The notes below the pieces were generated by a model. It made no database searches. It saw only the letters and a list, made by a program, of their open reading frames with translations, and had not been told where the DNA came from. The position numbers and the translations under genes were made by a program. Positions 19,982 to 29,360 of a stretch of 64,000 nucleotides of DNA are shown piece after piece (position 1 is the first letter of the stretch; each line of letters starts with the position of its first letter). Source of the DNA: an uncultured Nitrospiraceae bacterium. GTDB taxonomy: Bacteria > Nitrospirota > Thermodesulfovibrionia > Thermodesulfovibrionales > Dissulfurispiraceae. The DNA is taken from NCBI GenBank assembly GCA_963727805.1, contig CAVSHF010000005.1:1152001-1216000 (forward strand), in the 5' to 3' direction.

Positions 19982-21227
19982 GACCTGTAAGCCCTGCGCT
20001 TTTTTCTGGAACGAATCTTTCTTATGGGGTTTGATGGCATTCAACGCTCTGTCAGACGCCGGGCTTCCCTTCGAACTGATCCGCGCAGAAGATATCAGAA
20101 AGGGTATACTGCAGGATTATACTATGCTCTTTGTCCCTGGCGGATGGGCATCTAACAAGATCAAATCCCTTGGCGGGGAAGGCGTTCGTGAGATCAGGGA
20201 ATTTGTCGATAAGGGTGGAAATTATCTTGGTTTTTGTGGCGGTGCGGGTCTTGCGACTCTGGATGGCGTAGGCCTGCTCAATATCCGCCGCATACCGACT
20301 CAAGACCGAGTCCCGAGCTTCAGCGGTAGAATGCTGCTCAGACTCAATGGACATCCCATATGGGCCGGAATGGCTCCTGCGCCCCCTTCTGTCTTCCACG
20401 TCTGGTGGCCATCACAATTCTCGGCAAACGATCAGGAGAGTAACGTGCTTGCCACATACGAGGAAGCGCTTCCCGACTCATTCAGCTCGGACCTCAATGT
20501 CGGCGATGTGAGAAAGATTTTGGGAGACTGGGTGTCACTTGAACAGTCATATGGAATTAATCTGGACCCTTCGCGTTTACATGACCAGCCCGCTGTAATA
20601 GAGGGTTTCTACGGCCAAGGGAAAGTTTTGCTCTCGCTCGTTCACTTCGATACGCCGAACGATGCTTATGGTGCTACCATTCTTAAGAATCTTTGGAAAT
20701 ATCTTGCCGGCGCTGCTACGCTAAGTGAATACCAACCCTCCCCGCTTCCACGTTTCCGCGCCACAAAACTCGTCGATCTCGACAACATGTTGACCACTGT
20801 GCAAGATTTGATCTCCTTCGGTGAAAGAAATTTCCTTTGGTATTGGCGAAATTCAATGCTACTCCAGTGGCGGCGCGGCATCAGGGGGCTTGAATACTGC
20901 ACACTTTACGGGATGATTAAAGCCATCGCTGAGCATGCAGACCGCTTCCCATTCGACGATTCTTCCTCTCTGGACCGACTGCAAGATGCCGCACAAATGG
21001 TTTCCTCATTTCAAGAAAAGGCTGAGAGACTTCTACTGCGCGAAAGGCAGGCCCTTCAGGATGGTCATCGCATTACTTATGAAAAAAGCGATAACCTGGA
21101 AATAGTGCAACTGCGGGCCGAGCTCTTTTCGACCTCCAAGAGTTACGGAGGTATGTTCAAGGAACTTCTCGATAAGATCGACAGGATAGTGTTCGATCTC
21201 CTCCGGCAGCACGTTGTCAAACATTGA
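19956..21227 (+). CDS. BPL-N (biotin-ligase N-terminal, class I glutamine amidotransferase-like) domain protein
   Basis: LFVPGGW...IREFVDKGGNYLGFCGGAG nucleophile elbow; G.GKVLLSLVHFD. Confidence 0.7.
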   Translation: MKKSSKADRTCKPCAFFWNESFLWGLMAFNALSDAGLPFELIRAEDIRKGILQDYTMLFVPGGWASNKIKSLGGEGVREIREFVDKGGNYLGFCGGAGLATLDGVGLLNIRRIPTQDRVPSFSGRMLLRLNGHPIWAGMAPAPPSVFHVWWPSQFSANDQESNVLATYEEALPDSFSSDLNVGDVRKILGDWVSLEQSYGINLDPSRLHDQPAVIEGFYGQGKVLLSLVHFDTPNDAYGATILKNLWKYLAGAATLSEYQPSPLPRFRATKLVDLDNMLTTVQDLISFGERNFLWYWRNSMLLQWRRGIRGLEYCTLYGMIKAIAEHADRFPFDDSSSLDRLQDAAQMVSSFQEKAERLLLRERQALQDGHRITYEKSDNLEIVQLRAELFSTSKSYGGMFKELLDKIDRIVFDLLRQHVVKH

Positions 21228-21318
21228 CCGCATTCACATATGTATTGATCGAGAGCAGACTATTATGATATTCTTCCATTCGTAGTCACCAAGACAAATT
21301 TAAGAGAGAAGAACGCAA

Positions 21319-22665
21319 ATGTCATATCGAGCCTGGTTTCAATGCATCGACCCGCAATGCGGGGCTACGTACCCTTTGAACTCGATCATCTATCGTTGCG
21401 GAAACTGCAACTCACTTTTGGAAGTAAAGCACGACATGCAGGCGCTCGCGCAGCGCAGCTCAAAGGAATGGATAAAGCTCTTCGAGGACCGATACAAGTC
21501 CACCGAATGGCCCTACGGCTCGGGCGTGTGGGGTAAGAAGGAATGGATACTGCCTCAGATTAGCGACGATAATGTCGTGTCGCTGTACGAAGGTGGCACA
21601 AACCTCTTCTGGGCCGAGCGCTTGGGCAAAACGCTCGGCATGAGTGACCTGTGGATCAAACTCTGCGGGAATTCCCACAGCGGTTCATTCAAGGACCTCG
21701 GCATGACCGTGCTGGTATCGCAGGTCAAGCAGATGATAAGCGAAGGCGCGCCGATCCAGGCGGTGGCATGTGCTTCTACGGGCGATACTTCCGCAGCGCT
21801 GGCGGTTTATTGTGCTGCTGCAGGCATCCAGTCCATCGTTCTTCTGCCAAAGGGAAAGATTTCGGTTGCGCAGCTGATTCAGCCTATCGCAAACGGATCC
21901 CTGGTCTTGTCTCTCGACACCGATTTCGACGGTTGCATGGCCGTTGTCCAGGAAATAACGAAAGATGAGACCATTTATCTCGCCAATTCCATGAACTCTT
22001 TGCGCATTGAAGGGCAAAAGACGGTCGGTATTGAGATCTGTCAGCAATTCGAATGGAAGCTGCCTGACGTAATCATCATCCCCGGCGGCAACCTGGGCAA
22101 TGTCTCAGCTCTAGGTAACGGACTCCTCATGATGAAGAATCTCGGCCTTGTTGATACGCTGCCGCGCATAGTTGTTGCACAGGCTGAAAGGGCAAACCCC
22201 TTGTATCGTTCGTACCTGAAGAACTTTGAGACCTTCGAACCGATCCATGCTGAAAAGACGCTTGCAAACGCGATTCAGATAGGCAACCCAGTCAGCATAC
22301 AGAAGGCCATCCGCACATTGAAACAATTCAATGGCATCGTCGAACAAGCCACCGAACAGGAACTGGCCGATGCTGCCGCCCTCGGAGATACCTTCGGAAT
22401 GTTCAACTGTCCACATACAGGAGTTGCACTCGCCGCACTGATAAAACTCCTCAAGGCAGGCAAAATAGATAAGTCCGAACGAGTCGTCGTTATTTCAACT
22501 GCCCATGGGCTGAAATTTACCGAATTCAAGGTCAGGTACCACGAGGAAACTCTTGACTTCCCTTGCCGCTTTGCCAACAAGCCGGTCGAGCTGCCGCCCA
22601 GCGTTGATGCGGTCAAGGAAGCCCTCAGACAGGCCTTACAGAAGAGGAGGAACACTGATGTCTAA
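21319..22665 (+). CDS. thrC: threonine synthase (plant-like subfamily)
   Basis: [12 protein letters not shown] lysine, [26 protein letters not shown]. Confidence 0.93.
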   Translation: MSYRAWFQCIDPQCGATYPLNSIIYRCGNCNSLLEVKHDMQALAQRSSKEWIKLFEDRYKSTEWPYGSGVWGKKEWILPQISDDNVVSLYEGGTNLFWAERLGKTLGMSDLWIKLCGNSHSGSFKDLGMTVLVSQVKQMISEGAPIQAVACASTGDTSAALAVYCAAAGIQSIVLLPKGKISVAQLIQPIANGSLVLSLDTDFDGCMAVVQEITKDETIYLANSMNSLRIEGQKTVGIEICQQFEWKLPDVIIIPGGNLGNVSALGNGLLMMKNLGLVDTLPRIVVAQAERANPLYRSYLKNFETFEPIHAEKTLANAIQIGNPVSIQKAIRTLKQFNGIVEQATEQELADAAALGDTFGMFNCPHTGVALAALIKLLKAGKIDKSERVVVISTAHGLKFTEFKVRYHEETLDFPCRFANKPVELPPSVDAVKEALRQALQKRRNTDV

Positions 22666-23866
22666 GAAGTCTTTAAACCCCATGGACTGGAACCCCGCAA
22701 CCCTTGCTATCCACGGCCCTGGGCGACTTCCCAAAGCCCATTACGCGGTCTCTACGCCTATTGTGCAGACCTCCAATTTCTACTTTGATACGACCGCCGA
22801 AGTCTACAACTTTATGCAGGCAAAAAGTCAGGGCCATGTGGCACGAGAGCATGAATACGGCAGATACGGCAATCCGACGCAGCAGGAGTGCGAGCGTAAA
22901 CTTGCGGCAATTGAAGGAGCGGAGCGGGCCCTGCTTTTCTCCACGGGCATGAGCGCGGTAATAATGACACTCATGGCTTACATGAAGCGTAACAAACATA
23001 TCATATTTACAAGCGACTGTTACCGCCAGACGCGCGACTTTGCCACCAACACGCTGTCCGAGTTCGGGATAGAGGTCTCCATTGTGGACCCAACTGCTGA
23101 GGCCATCGAGAAGGCCATTCGCCCCAATACCAACATCATTTTCACCGAATCACCGACCAATCCTTACCTGCGCGTCCTTGACATGATAGCGATAGTAAAG
23201 GTTGCAAAGAAGCATCGCGTGATGACTATAATCGACGCCACGCTCGCAACGCCATACAACATCAAGCCCCTTGAGATGGGGGTGGACATAGTCATCCACT
23301 CAGCGACCAAGTACCTCGGCGGCCATAACGACCTGCTCGCAGGAGTAACCCTCGGCAATCATAAAAAACTCGACGCCTTGTACAAAATGCAGAGGATGAT
23401 CGGGGCGACCCCGGGCCCGCTGACCTGCTTCCTGCTGGAACGCGGTTTGAAGACCTTCGCTCTCAGGATGGAGCATCACAACCGCGCTGGCATGACTATA
23501 GCAAAGATGCTGGAGTCCCACTCCAAGGTTGAAAAGGTTTGGTATCCCGGCCTCAAATCGCATCCCGATTACAAGGTTGCGAAAAAGCAGATGCGGGGGT
23601 TCGGAAGCCTGATCACCTTCCTCGTAAAGGGCGGAGACAAGGAGACGAGAAAATTTATTGATTCGCTAAAGCTCTTCCTGATCACCCCCAGCCTCGGCGG
23701 AAGCGAGAGCCTTGTGACACAGATGTCGGTAATGTCGTTCTATGACTACCCTGAAGAATACCGGCACTCCCTTGGCATGGTGGATAACTTGGTTCGTATA
23801 GCCCTGGGACTTGAGGATGTTGACGATCTCATCGCAGACCTCAACCAAGGCCTCGACAGGATTTGA
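22658..23866 (+). CDS. metB: cystathionine gamma-synthase (plant-like)
   Basis: [45 protein letters not shown] at 22658 overlaps the thrC end. Confidence 0.85.
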   Translation: MSKKSLNPMDWNPATLAIHGPGRLPKAHYAVSTPIVQTSNFYFDTTAEVYNFMQAKSQGHVAREHEYGRYGNPTQQECERKLAAIEGAERALLFSTGMSAVIMTLMAYMKRNKHIIFTSDCYRQTRDFATNTLSEFGIEVSIVDPTAEAIEKAIRPNTNIIFTESPTNPYLRVLDMIAIVKVAKKHRVMTIIDATLATPYNIKPLEMGVDIVIHSATKYLGGHNDLLAGVTLGNHKKLDALYKMQRMIGATPGPLTCFLLERGLKTFALRMEHHNRAGMTIAKMLESHSKVEKVWYPGLKSHPDYKVAKKQMRGFGSLITFLVKGGDKETRKFIDSLKLFLITPSLGGSESLVTQMSVMSFYDYPEEYRHSLGMVDNLVRIALGLEDVDDLIADLNQGLDRI

Positions 23867-23890
23867 AACCGAGCAGATCATAGTTCTTGA

Positions 23891-23916
23891 GCGGTCTCCT
23901 TCGGGCAGGAGACCGC
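23891..23916 (+). terminator. GC-rich hairpin after metB
   Basis: gcggtctcct-tcgggc-aggagaccgc. Confidence 0.65.
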
Positions 23917-23988
23917 CGCATACTGTGTAAGCGTGTAGGAGATTCAGCTCTATTTCCTCAGGGTGGGATGACCCGAGCGCTCCCCCCC

Positions 23989-24861
23989 CTAATCTTTCAG
24001 TGATAAAACACTCGTCACAACATACTCTCTTATGCCGCGATCGAATATCAGTCCGGCATGATGCACGTGGAAATCCTTATGCTCATCTCCACCCGGATAA
24101 ATGGCGCTTTCAGCGGTGACAAATCCGTCTGCCTTGCCTTCCTTTAACTCATCGGGTATCATCCTCTCTGGAAGTACGGCGGCAAGAAGATCAGGCAGGG
24201 GGGTTGAGCCGATTCTCACGAGTGCGGGGTCTGTCCCGCCTATCGATGCTATAAAGAAACCAGGTTGGCGCCTCTCCGCAAGACTCGTTAGAAAAGCGGA
24301 TCCGGGGAGCATCTCTCTTATTGCGTGACCGCTTAAAAAAGTGATTACTCGGTGCAGAGAAGTTCGCACTTCTTTATCGCCCAAATCCATGATTTTCTGC
24401 ACCGCTGCCGAGAGCGGAGAAAGATAGACAACCCATTTCGCCATAGATGATCCTTTATGCGGCGTCGCGATCGTGATGACTCCCCTTATGGGTGCGACAC
24501 ATTCTTGCAGAAACCTTCTCGCGATAAGCCCACCCCTACTATGCCCAATGAGAACCATGCCCGCAGGCGCCTTTGCAGCGTATGCTAGAGCAAGCTCCTT
24601 CAGCTCTTCTACTGCGATCAGAGCCGGACCAGCAGGCCTCGTCTGACTCCACGTAAGGACGGGATAGCCTTGATCTTTCAGGTCGTGAAAGGGCGTCTTC
24701 ATTTCAGCACCGCCGAGCAGGATGCTTAAAGGATATTTCCCTCCGAGCACCCTTGCCAGCTCAGGTTCGGCCCACATTGCGGCGTCCATGCCCATGCCGT
24801 GGATAAATATGACGAGCGGCTTTGCGCGATCTCCTTTAAAATAGAATATTTCAGATTTCAT
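23989..24861 (-). CDS. alpha/beta hydrolase (lipase/PGAP1-like)
   Basis: IFIHG, GHSRGG nucleophile, ATPHKGS, DGFV, distal His. Confidence 0.85.
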   Translation of the reverse strand: MKSEIFYFKGDRAKPLVIFIHGMGMDAAMWAEPELARVLGGKYPLSILLGGAEMKTPFHDLKDQGYPVLTWSQTRPAGPALIAVEELKELALAYAAKAPAGMVLIGHSRGGLIARRFLQECVAPIRGVITIATPHKGSSMAKWVVYLSPLSAAVQKIMDLGDKEVRTSLHRVITFLSGHAIREMLPGSAFLTSLAERRQPGFFIASIGGTDPALVRIGSTPLPDLLAAVLPERMIPDELKEGKADGFVTAESAIYPGGDEHKDFHVHHAGLIFDRGIREYVVTSVLSLKD

Positions 24862-25032
24862 GCATATACTTTACTACAGACATTGTTTGAGAATACCATA
24901 AATACGCTTCGCTCTATTAATCGAGCCCTTCGGGCTGACATTGATAATTTCCACAGCCGGCATTTCGTTCGGCATTCCGAGTGTATTAATTGAATTATAA
25001 ATACTTTTTATAGCTCGTTAACTTTATTTTAA

Positions 25033-25062
25033 TTGACAGGGCGCGACTGCTATTGGTATAAA
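25033..25062 (+). promoter_or_regulatory. sigma70-type promoter of the dsrH/E/F/tusA-like operon
   Basis: TTGACA (25033) - 18 bp - TATAAA (25057), with extended-10 TG. Confidence 0.65.
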
Positions 25063-25137
25063 CGTGTACCTGTAAAACGTTTGTTTATACAATATGTATG
25101 TATCAATATCCTAAGAATACTGTAAGGGAGGTGTGTT

Positions 25138-25434
25138 ATGAAACTTGGCGTATTCGTCAGCGATTACCGGAGCGGCGCCGATGTCCTTGACAGATTGAGC
25201 GCCGAAAAACTCGGCATCATTTTCGTCGGCAACGGCGTTTACCACGCAGCGGTTAAGGAAGGGGGCAAGGCAGACCCGGTTCTGCAGAAGTCTGCGAACT
25301 TTTATGTCCTTACTGAAGACCTTGAAAGCAGGGGATTTACTGCTGCCAATTTGCCGGGCAATATCAAGGCGGTTACCTACGGCGATGTCGTTGATCTGAT
25401 TTTCAACGATTACGAAAAGATAATCTGGATATAG
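25138..25434 (+). CDS. DsrH/TusB-family sulfur-relay subunit
   Basis: FVGNGVYHA, YVLTEDLESRG, VTYGDVVDLI...IW. Confidence 0.8.
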   Translation: MKLGVFVSDYRSGADVLDRLSAEKLGIIFVGNGVYHAAVKEGGKADPVLQKSANFYVLTEDLESRGFTAANLPGNIKAVTYGDVVDLIFNDYEKIIWI

Positions 25435-25450
25435 GAGATAGGAGGCAATT

Positions 25451-25813
25451 ATGGGAAAGTTGACAATGGGCGTCTTCCCGGGATTGGTCGGGTCACTCTC
25501 ACTCGATTTCTCGGTGAAGCTTGCTGAAGCTGCCGTAAAAAAAGGACATAAAGTTGATTACTGGGTTTCTTCGAATGCTACGATGCTCTCCAAGAAAGGG
25601 CAGAGATCTTTTAAAGATTATTCGACGCTTTATAAGACGCTCGAGGAGCTTTTCAAGACAGGTAATTTCAAGGCATGCGCATGTGAGGCCTGTGCCGAGG
25701 CAAGAGGATACCATAAAGAGGATCTGATGGAAGGCTGGATCCGTAAAAGCATGGACTGGTACCTCGCGAGCTGTTTTGATGCAGACAGAATTCTTCTCAT
25801 AGGGGGTGAGTAA
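25451..25813 (+). CDS. DsrE/TusD-family sulfurtransferase
   Basis: LAEAAVKKGHKV; C76-A-C78-E-A-C81-AEARG matching the DsrE C-x6-RG active-site motif. Confidence 0.78.
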   Translation: MGKLTMGVFPGLVGSLSLDFSVKLAEAAVKKGHKVDYWVSSNATMLSKKGQRSFKDYSTLYKTLEELFKTGNFKACACEACAEARGYHKEDLMEGWIRKSMDWYLASCFDADRILLIGGE

Positions 25814-25814
25814 G

Positions 25815-26228
25815 ATGGCGACCACTAGACTCGCGTTCGTTATAAGATCACTTCCTTATAAGACTGAAGCTTCAAGACTCGCGATGACCCATGCCATTGC
25901 GAGCCAGACAGTTGAGATATACCTCGAAGATGGAGACATGGTCGAGCCGGTTGTCTGCTTTATTGGAGACGGCGTGCTTAACTGCCTCAAGAACCAGGCT
26001 ACTGCTAAACATTATGACATCACCAGCCTCGAAATGCATATAAAGAACAGCCTCCTATTAGATCTAAAGGTCATGATATGCAAGGAAGACCTTGATCGGT
26101 TCGGCATCAAGGAGGATGCCCTCATTATGGACGCTGAGGACCTCGGTGGTGAAACCAGGGCGCAGATAGTGCCTTACAGTGAAATACAAAAAGAACTAGA
26201 TTCTGTAAATCATATACAGATGTTCTAA
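25815..26228 (+). CDS. DsrF/TusC-family subunit
   Basis: FVIRSLPY, FIGDGV, ICKEDLDRFG. Confidence 0.75.
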   Translation: MATTRLAFVIRSLPYKTEASRLAMTHAIASQTVEIYLEDGDMVEPVVCFIGDGVLNCLKNQATAKHYDITSLEMHIKNSLLLDLKVMICKEDLDRFGIKEDALIMDAEDLGGETRAQIVPYSEIQKELDSVNHIQMF

Positions 26229-26245
26229 TACAAGGAGGAATGATA

Positions 26246-26491
26246 ATGGGTGATTTAAAAGCTCAAACACCAGCTGAAGTGCTCGACGTTCTCGGAAGGG
26301 TATGTCCCTATCCGCTCGTTTTGACCAAAAAGCAGATGGAGAAGATGGCAGCAGGTTCGATACTTAAGATACTTTGCGATGCGCCCGCTTCCGCAGAAGA
26401 TTCAATCCCTCGCTTTGCCGACAAGCAGGGATTTCCCATCGAAGTCGAAAAAACCGGCGACCACTGGGAGATATATATTCAGAAGAAATAG
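26246..26491 (+). CDS. tusA: TusA-family sulfur carrier
   Basis: LDVLGRVCPYP motif; AGGAGG RBS. Confidence 0.9.
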   Translation: MGDLKAQTPAEVLDVLGRVCPYPLVLTKKQMEKMAAGSILKILCDAPASAEDSIPRFADKQGFPIEVEKTGDHWEIYIQKK

Positions 26492-26512
26492 CCGAAACAG
26501 CAAAGGATCATC

Positions 26513-26548
26513 AAAAAAGGAGCATCGAATTAACGATGCTCCTTTTTT
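26513..26548. terminator. bidirectional intrinsic terminator between tusA and ferredoxin
   Basis: aaaaaaggagcatcg-aattaa-cgatgctcctttttt. Confidence 0.85.
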
Positions 26549-26571
26549 GTGCCACAATCGGTGGCTATCCG

Positions 26572-26757
26572 CTACATTTCGGTTATCGTAATCGCTGATG
26601 TAGGACACATGCTGAGGCAGGTTTCGCAGAACACGCACTCGCCGGCCTGGTAGGGGTCGCTTTTGCCATCAGTAATCTTAAATACCATCTGCGGACAGCT
26701 GTTGACACACTCCTCACAACCATCACACTTAGCTGTATCGACTGCTACTAGGTACAT
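26572..26757 (-). CDS. 2x[4Fe-4S] ferredoxin
   Basis: CDGCEECVNSCP and CVFCETCLSMCP; AGGAGG RBS. Confidence 0.92.
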   Translation of the reverse strand: MYLVAVDTAKCDGCEECVNSCPQMVFKITDGKSDPYQAGECVFCETCLSMCPTSAITITEM

Positions 26758-26940
26758 GAACTTCACCTCCTTATATATACTTTCTCACACGAATAATCGT
26801 ATCAGATAATTCTTTTACTATAACAAATTACAAGCCTCTCATGTCAATGGGCTTCAGCATTACTGTTAGTCTTGCCAAACCAATAACAACCATTGGACTA
26901 GAGCGGGGAAAGCTTACCAAAATGTGCTCTGTAATTACCT

Positions 26941-26975
26941 AAAAGGGCAGTCCCTGATTAGAGGACTGCCCTTTT
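26941..26975 (-). terminator. terminator after dsrP
   Basis: aaaagggcagtcc...ggactgccctttt. Confidence 0.8.
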
Positions 26976-26994
26976 ACTAAGTATCTATTCTCGG

Positions 26995-28164
26995 TCAGTG
27001 AATCGCTTCGCCTCCGGATTCCTCCTTGACTGATATTGCGATTTTGTACAGCACTGTCAAGATTAGGAATCCTATTGACCAGACCCCAAGCGCAATCAGA
27101 AACTCAGGGGTAGTAGGCCAGTATTCCGTAATCCTTTCGAATGGGTTCGGAACAAATCCTCCCACGATCAGTCCAAACCCCTTGTCTATCCATAGCGAGA
27201 TAAAAACTGCCGCAGAAGCGAATGCCAGGACCATCTCATTGCGCCTGAGGAAGGGGAAGACCAGGATTCCGACCGCCACGACGGCGAGGAGCGTCGAAAT
27301 CCACATCAATGGGACAAGTTGATGATATCCATTGAGCCCCGCATACAAATAAATAAATGAATTCATATGGCCCGGGATGCCGCTGTAGAATGCGGTAAAG
27401 AATTCAAGACCAAGGAAGAAGCAACTAGTGATCATGAAATAGGTGACAATCTTACCAAGGGTCTGAATCGCCTCTTTCCCGGGGTCAAAATTCGAGTTTC
27501 TCCTAACGATCAACGCAAGGATTATAAGGAGCGCCGGGCCCGCAGCAAATGCCGAAGAGAGGAACCTGGCAGCCATAATGGCGGAGAGCCAGAAGTGCCT
27601 TCCCGGCAAGCCGGCGTAAAGAAACGCCGTTACCGTGTGGATAGAAGGCGCCCAAACTATCGAGAGGATCACGAAGGGCTTGACCCATTTCGGAGGCGCT
27701 ATCCCTTTGCGCTCGGCTCCCAGAGAAGTCCATCCCACAATGATATTCAGCACCAGATAGCCGGCTAGAACGCACATATCATAAAACATGACCGAATTAA
27801 AAGTCGGATGGAGTAGGACATTCAATACGCGAAGTGGCTGTCCCATGTCGACGAATATAAACAACATGCACATGATAACTGCCGGGATTGCCAGAAACTC
27901 GCCAAGTACAGTAATCTTGCCGAACGCCTTATAGTCGTGCAGATAAAAGGGCAGTACGACCATCACGCCAGAGGCAGCGACGCCGACGAGAAAGGTGAAT
28001 TGAGCTATGTAGAAACCCCATGATACGTCTCTACTCATCCCGGTGATGCCAAGGCCTACGGTGAATTGGTATATGTAACATGCGACCCCTATGCCAATGA
28101 ACACGAGAAGGGCAGTCACCCACGTCCAATATTTACTGCCTCCCTTCAGGGCTTTCTCAATCAT
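26995..28164 (-). CDS. dsrP: DsrP, NrfD/PsrC-family membrane subunit
   Basis: TGMSRDVSWGFYIAQFTFLVGVAAS, SIHTVTAFLY, WIDKG; position in operon. Confidence 0.93.
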   Translation of the reverse strand: MIEKALKGGSKYWTWVTALLVFIGIGVACYIYQFTVGLGITGMSRDVSWGFYIAQFTFLVGVAASGVMVVLPFYLHDYKAFGKITVLGEFLAIPAVIMCMLFIFVDMGQPLRVLNVLLHPTFNSVMFYDMCVLAGYLVLNIIVGWTSLGAERKGIAPPKWVKPFVILSIVWAPSIHTVTAFLYAGLPGRHFWLSAIMAARFLSSAFAAGPALLIILALIVRRNSNFDPGKEAIQTLGKIVTYFMITSCFFLGLEFFTAFYSGIPGHMNSFIYLYAGLNGYHQLVPLMWISTLLAVVAVGILVFPFLRRNEMVLAFASAAVFISLWIDKGFGLIVGGFVPNPFERITEYWPTTPEFLIALGVWSIGFLILTVLYKIAISVKEESGGEAIH

Positions 28165-28960
28165 GTTCCTTACCTCCTATGACATAGTAGACGCTCGGAT
28201 GGGTGCCGATTTCAGGCTTGCGCCTGATTGTAAAGCTTGCATCGAGTACCTTTCGGACGTCTGAATTCGGATCGTCTATGTCGCCAAAAGCAAGTGCACC
28301 ATTAGCAACCTCGACACAGGCCGGCTTAACACCCTTTGCGAGCCGCTCATAGCAGAAGGTGCATTTTTCGACCACACCTTTTGTTCTGGTGGGGAACTCA
28401 GGATTTAGTTCCCTCTTGATGGATGGCCGGGGGTCCCTGAAATTAAAGCTTCTCGCACCGTAAGGACATGCGGCCATGCAGAACCGGCAGCCGATGCAGC
28501 GATGCATGTCCATCATAACGATGCCGTCAGCCTTCCTCTTAAAAGTCGCCTTGGTCGGGCAGACTCTGACACAGGGAGGATTTTCGCAGTGGTTACAGAG
28601 GACAAGAAAAGGTAGCTCCTTATAATGGGGCGCAATAAATTCATCCTCATTGCCCGGGAAGGCGTGCTCATACGTCTCGGTCCATATCCATTTGATCTCT
28701 TCCTTGGTATTGCCGATATCAGGGACATTATGAACCTGATGGCAAGCGTCGATGCACTTTTGCACATCCGCATCAGACGCGAATTTGCTCATATCCACAG
28801 ACATGGCCCATCTTTTAGCTACAAGCCCCTTCGGGTCGATCATGTAGGGACTGGCAGCTTCCACTTCCTTTTTGACGGCGGCTGCAACAGTCGCCCCACT
28901 GAGCCCCATTACCGCGCCGAATCCAGCTATTTTAAGAAATTCTCTTCTATTGATGCTCAT
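28157..28960 (-). CDS. dsrO: DsrO, Tat-exported Fe-S subunit
   Basis: NRREFLK, CNHCENPPCVRVCP, CIGCRFCMAACPY, VEKCTFC. Confidence 0.93.
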   Translation of the reverse strand: MSINRREFLKIAGFGAVMGLSGATVAAAVKKEVEAASPYMIDPKGLVAKRWAMSVDMSKFASDADVQKCIDACHQVHNVPDIGNTKEEIKWIWTETYEHAFPGNEDEFIAPHYKELPFLVLCNHCENPPCVRVCPTKATFKRKADGIVMMDMHRCIGCRFCMAACPYGARSFNFRDPRPSIKRELNPEFPTRTKGVVEKCTFCYERLAKGVKPACVEVANGALAFGDIDDPNSDVRKVLDASFTIRRKPEIGTHPSVYYVIGGKEHD

Positions 28961-28963
28961 GGG

Positions 28964-29359
28964 TTACACTCCCTCCTTCGGCACGAGATGACAGTCCCAA
29001 CAGTAGGGTTTTACTGCCACATAATTGTGGCATTCGTCACAGAACTTTGATTTATTCGAGTGGCAATGCATGCAGGTATTCTGGAGGCTCATGTTATATG
29101 TTTTGCCGTCCTTCGCCGTGTACAACCGCTCACCTTCGCGGACCACTTCATCCCTCCAATTGTTGAGCATCTGCATATGGACAGTCGCCATATCATCTTT
29201 GCTTTCTACGCACTGTTTCTTTGCCATCTGGTTGATGACGGGAGTGTCGATGCTCGGCGAGGGTTTTGCCACTGCCTTTCCCAGGTTCAGCGTGAACGGA
29301 AGTGTTGCGATCACGATAAAGATAACCAGTCCAACTATGATCTTACCGCTGTCGTACAT
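28964..29359 (-). CDS. dsrJ: DsrJ triheme cytochrome c
   Basis: QCVE...HMQML..WRD.VVR; CMHCH, CDECH, CWDCH. Confidence 0.93.
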   Translation of the reverse strand: MYDSGKIIVGLVIFIVIATLPFTLNLGKAVAKPSPSIDTPVINQMAKKQCVESKDDMATVHMQMLNNWRDEVVREGERLYTAKDGKTYNMSLQNTCMHCHSNKSKFCDECHNYVAVKPYCWDCHLVPKEGV

Positions 29360-29360
29360 G

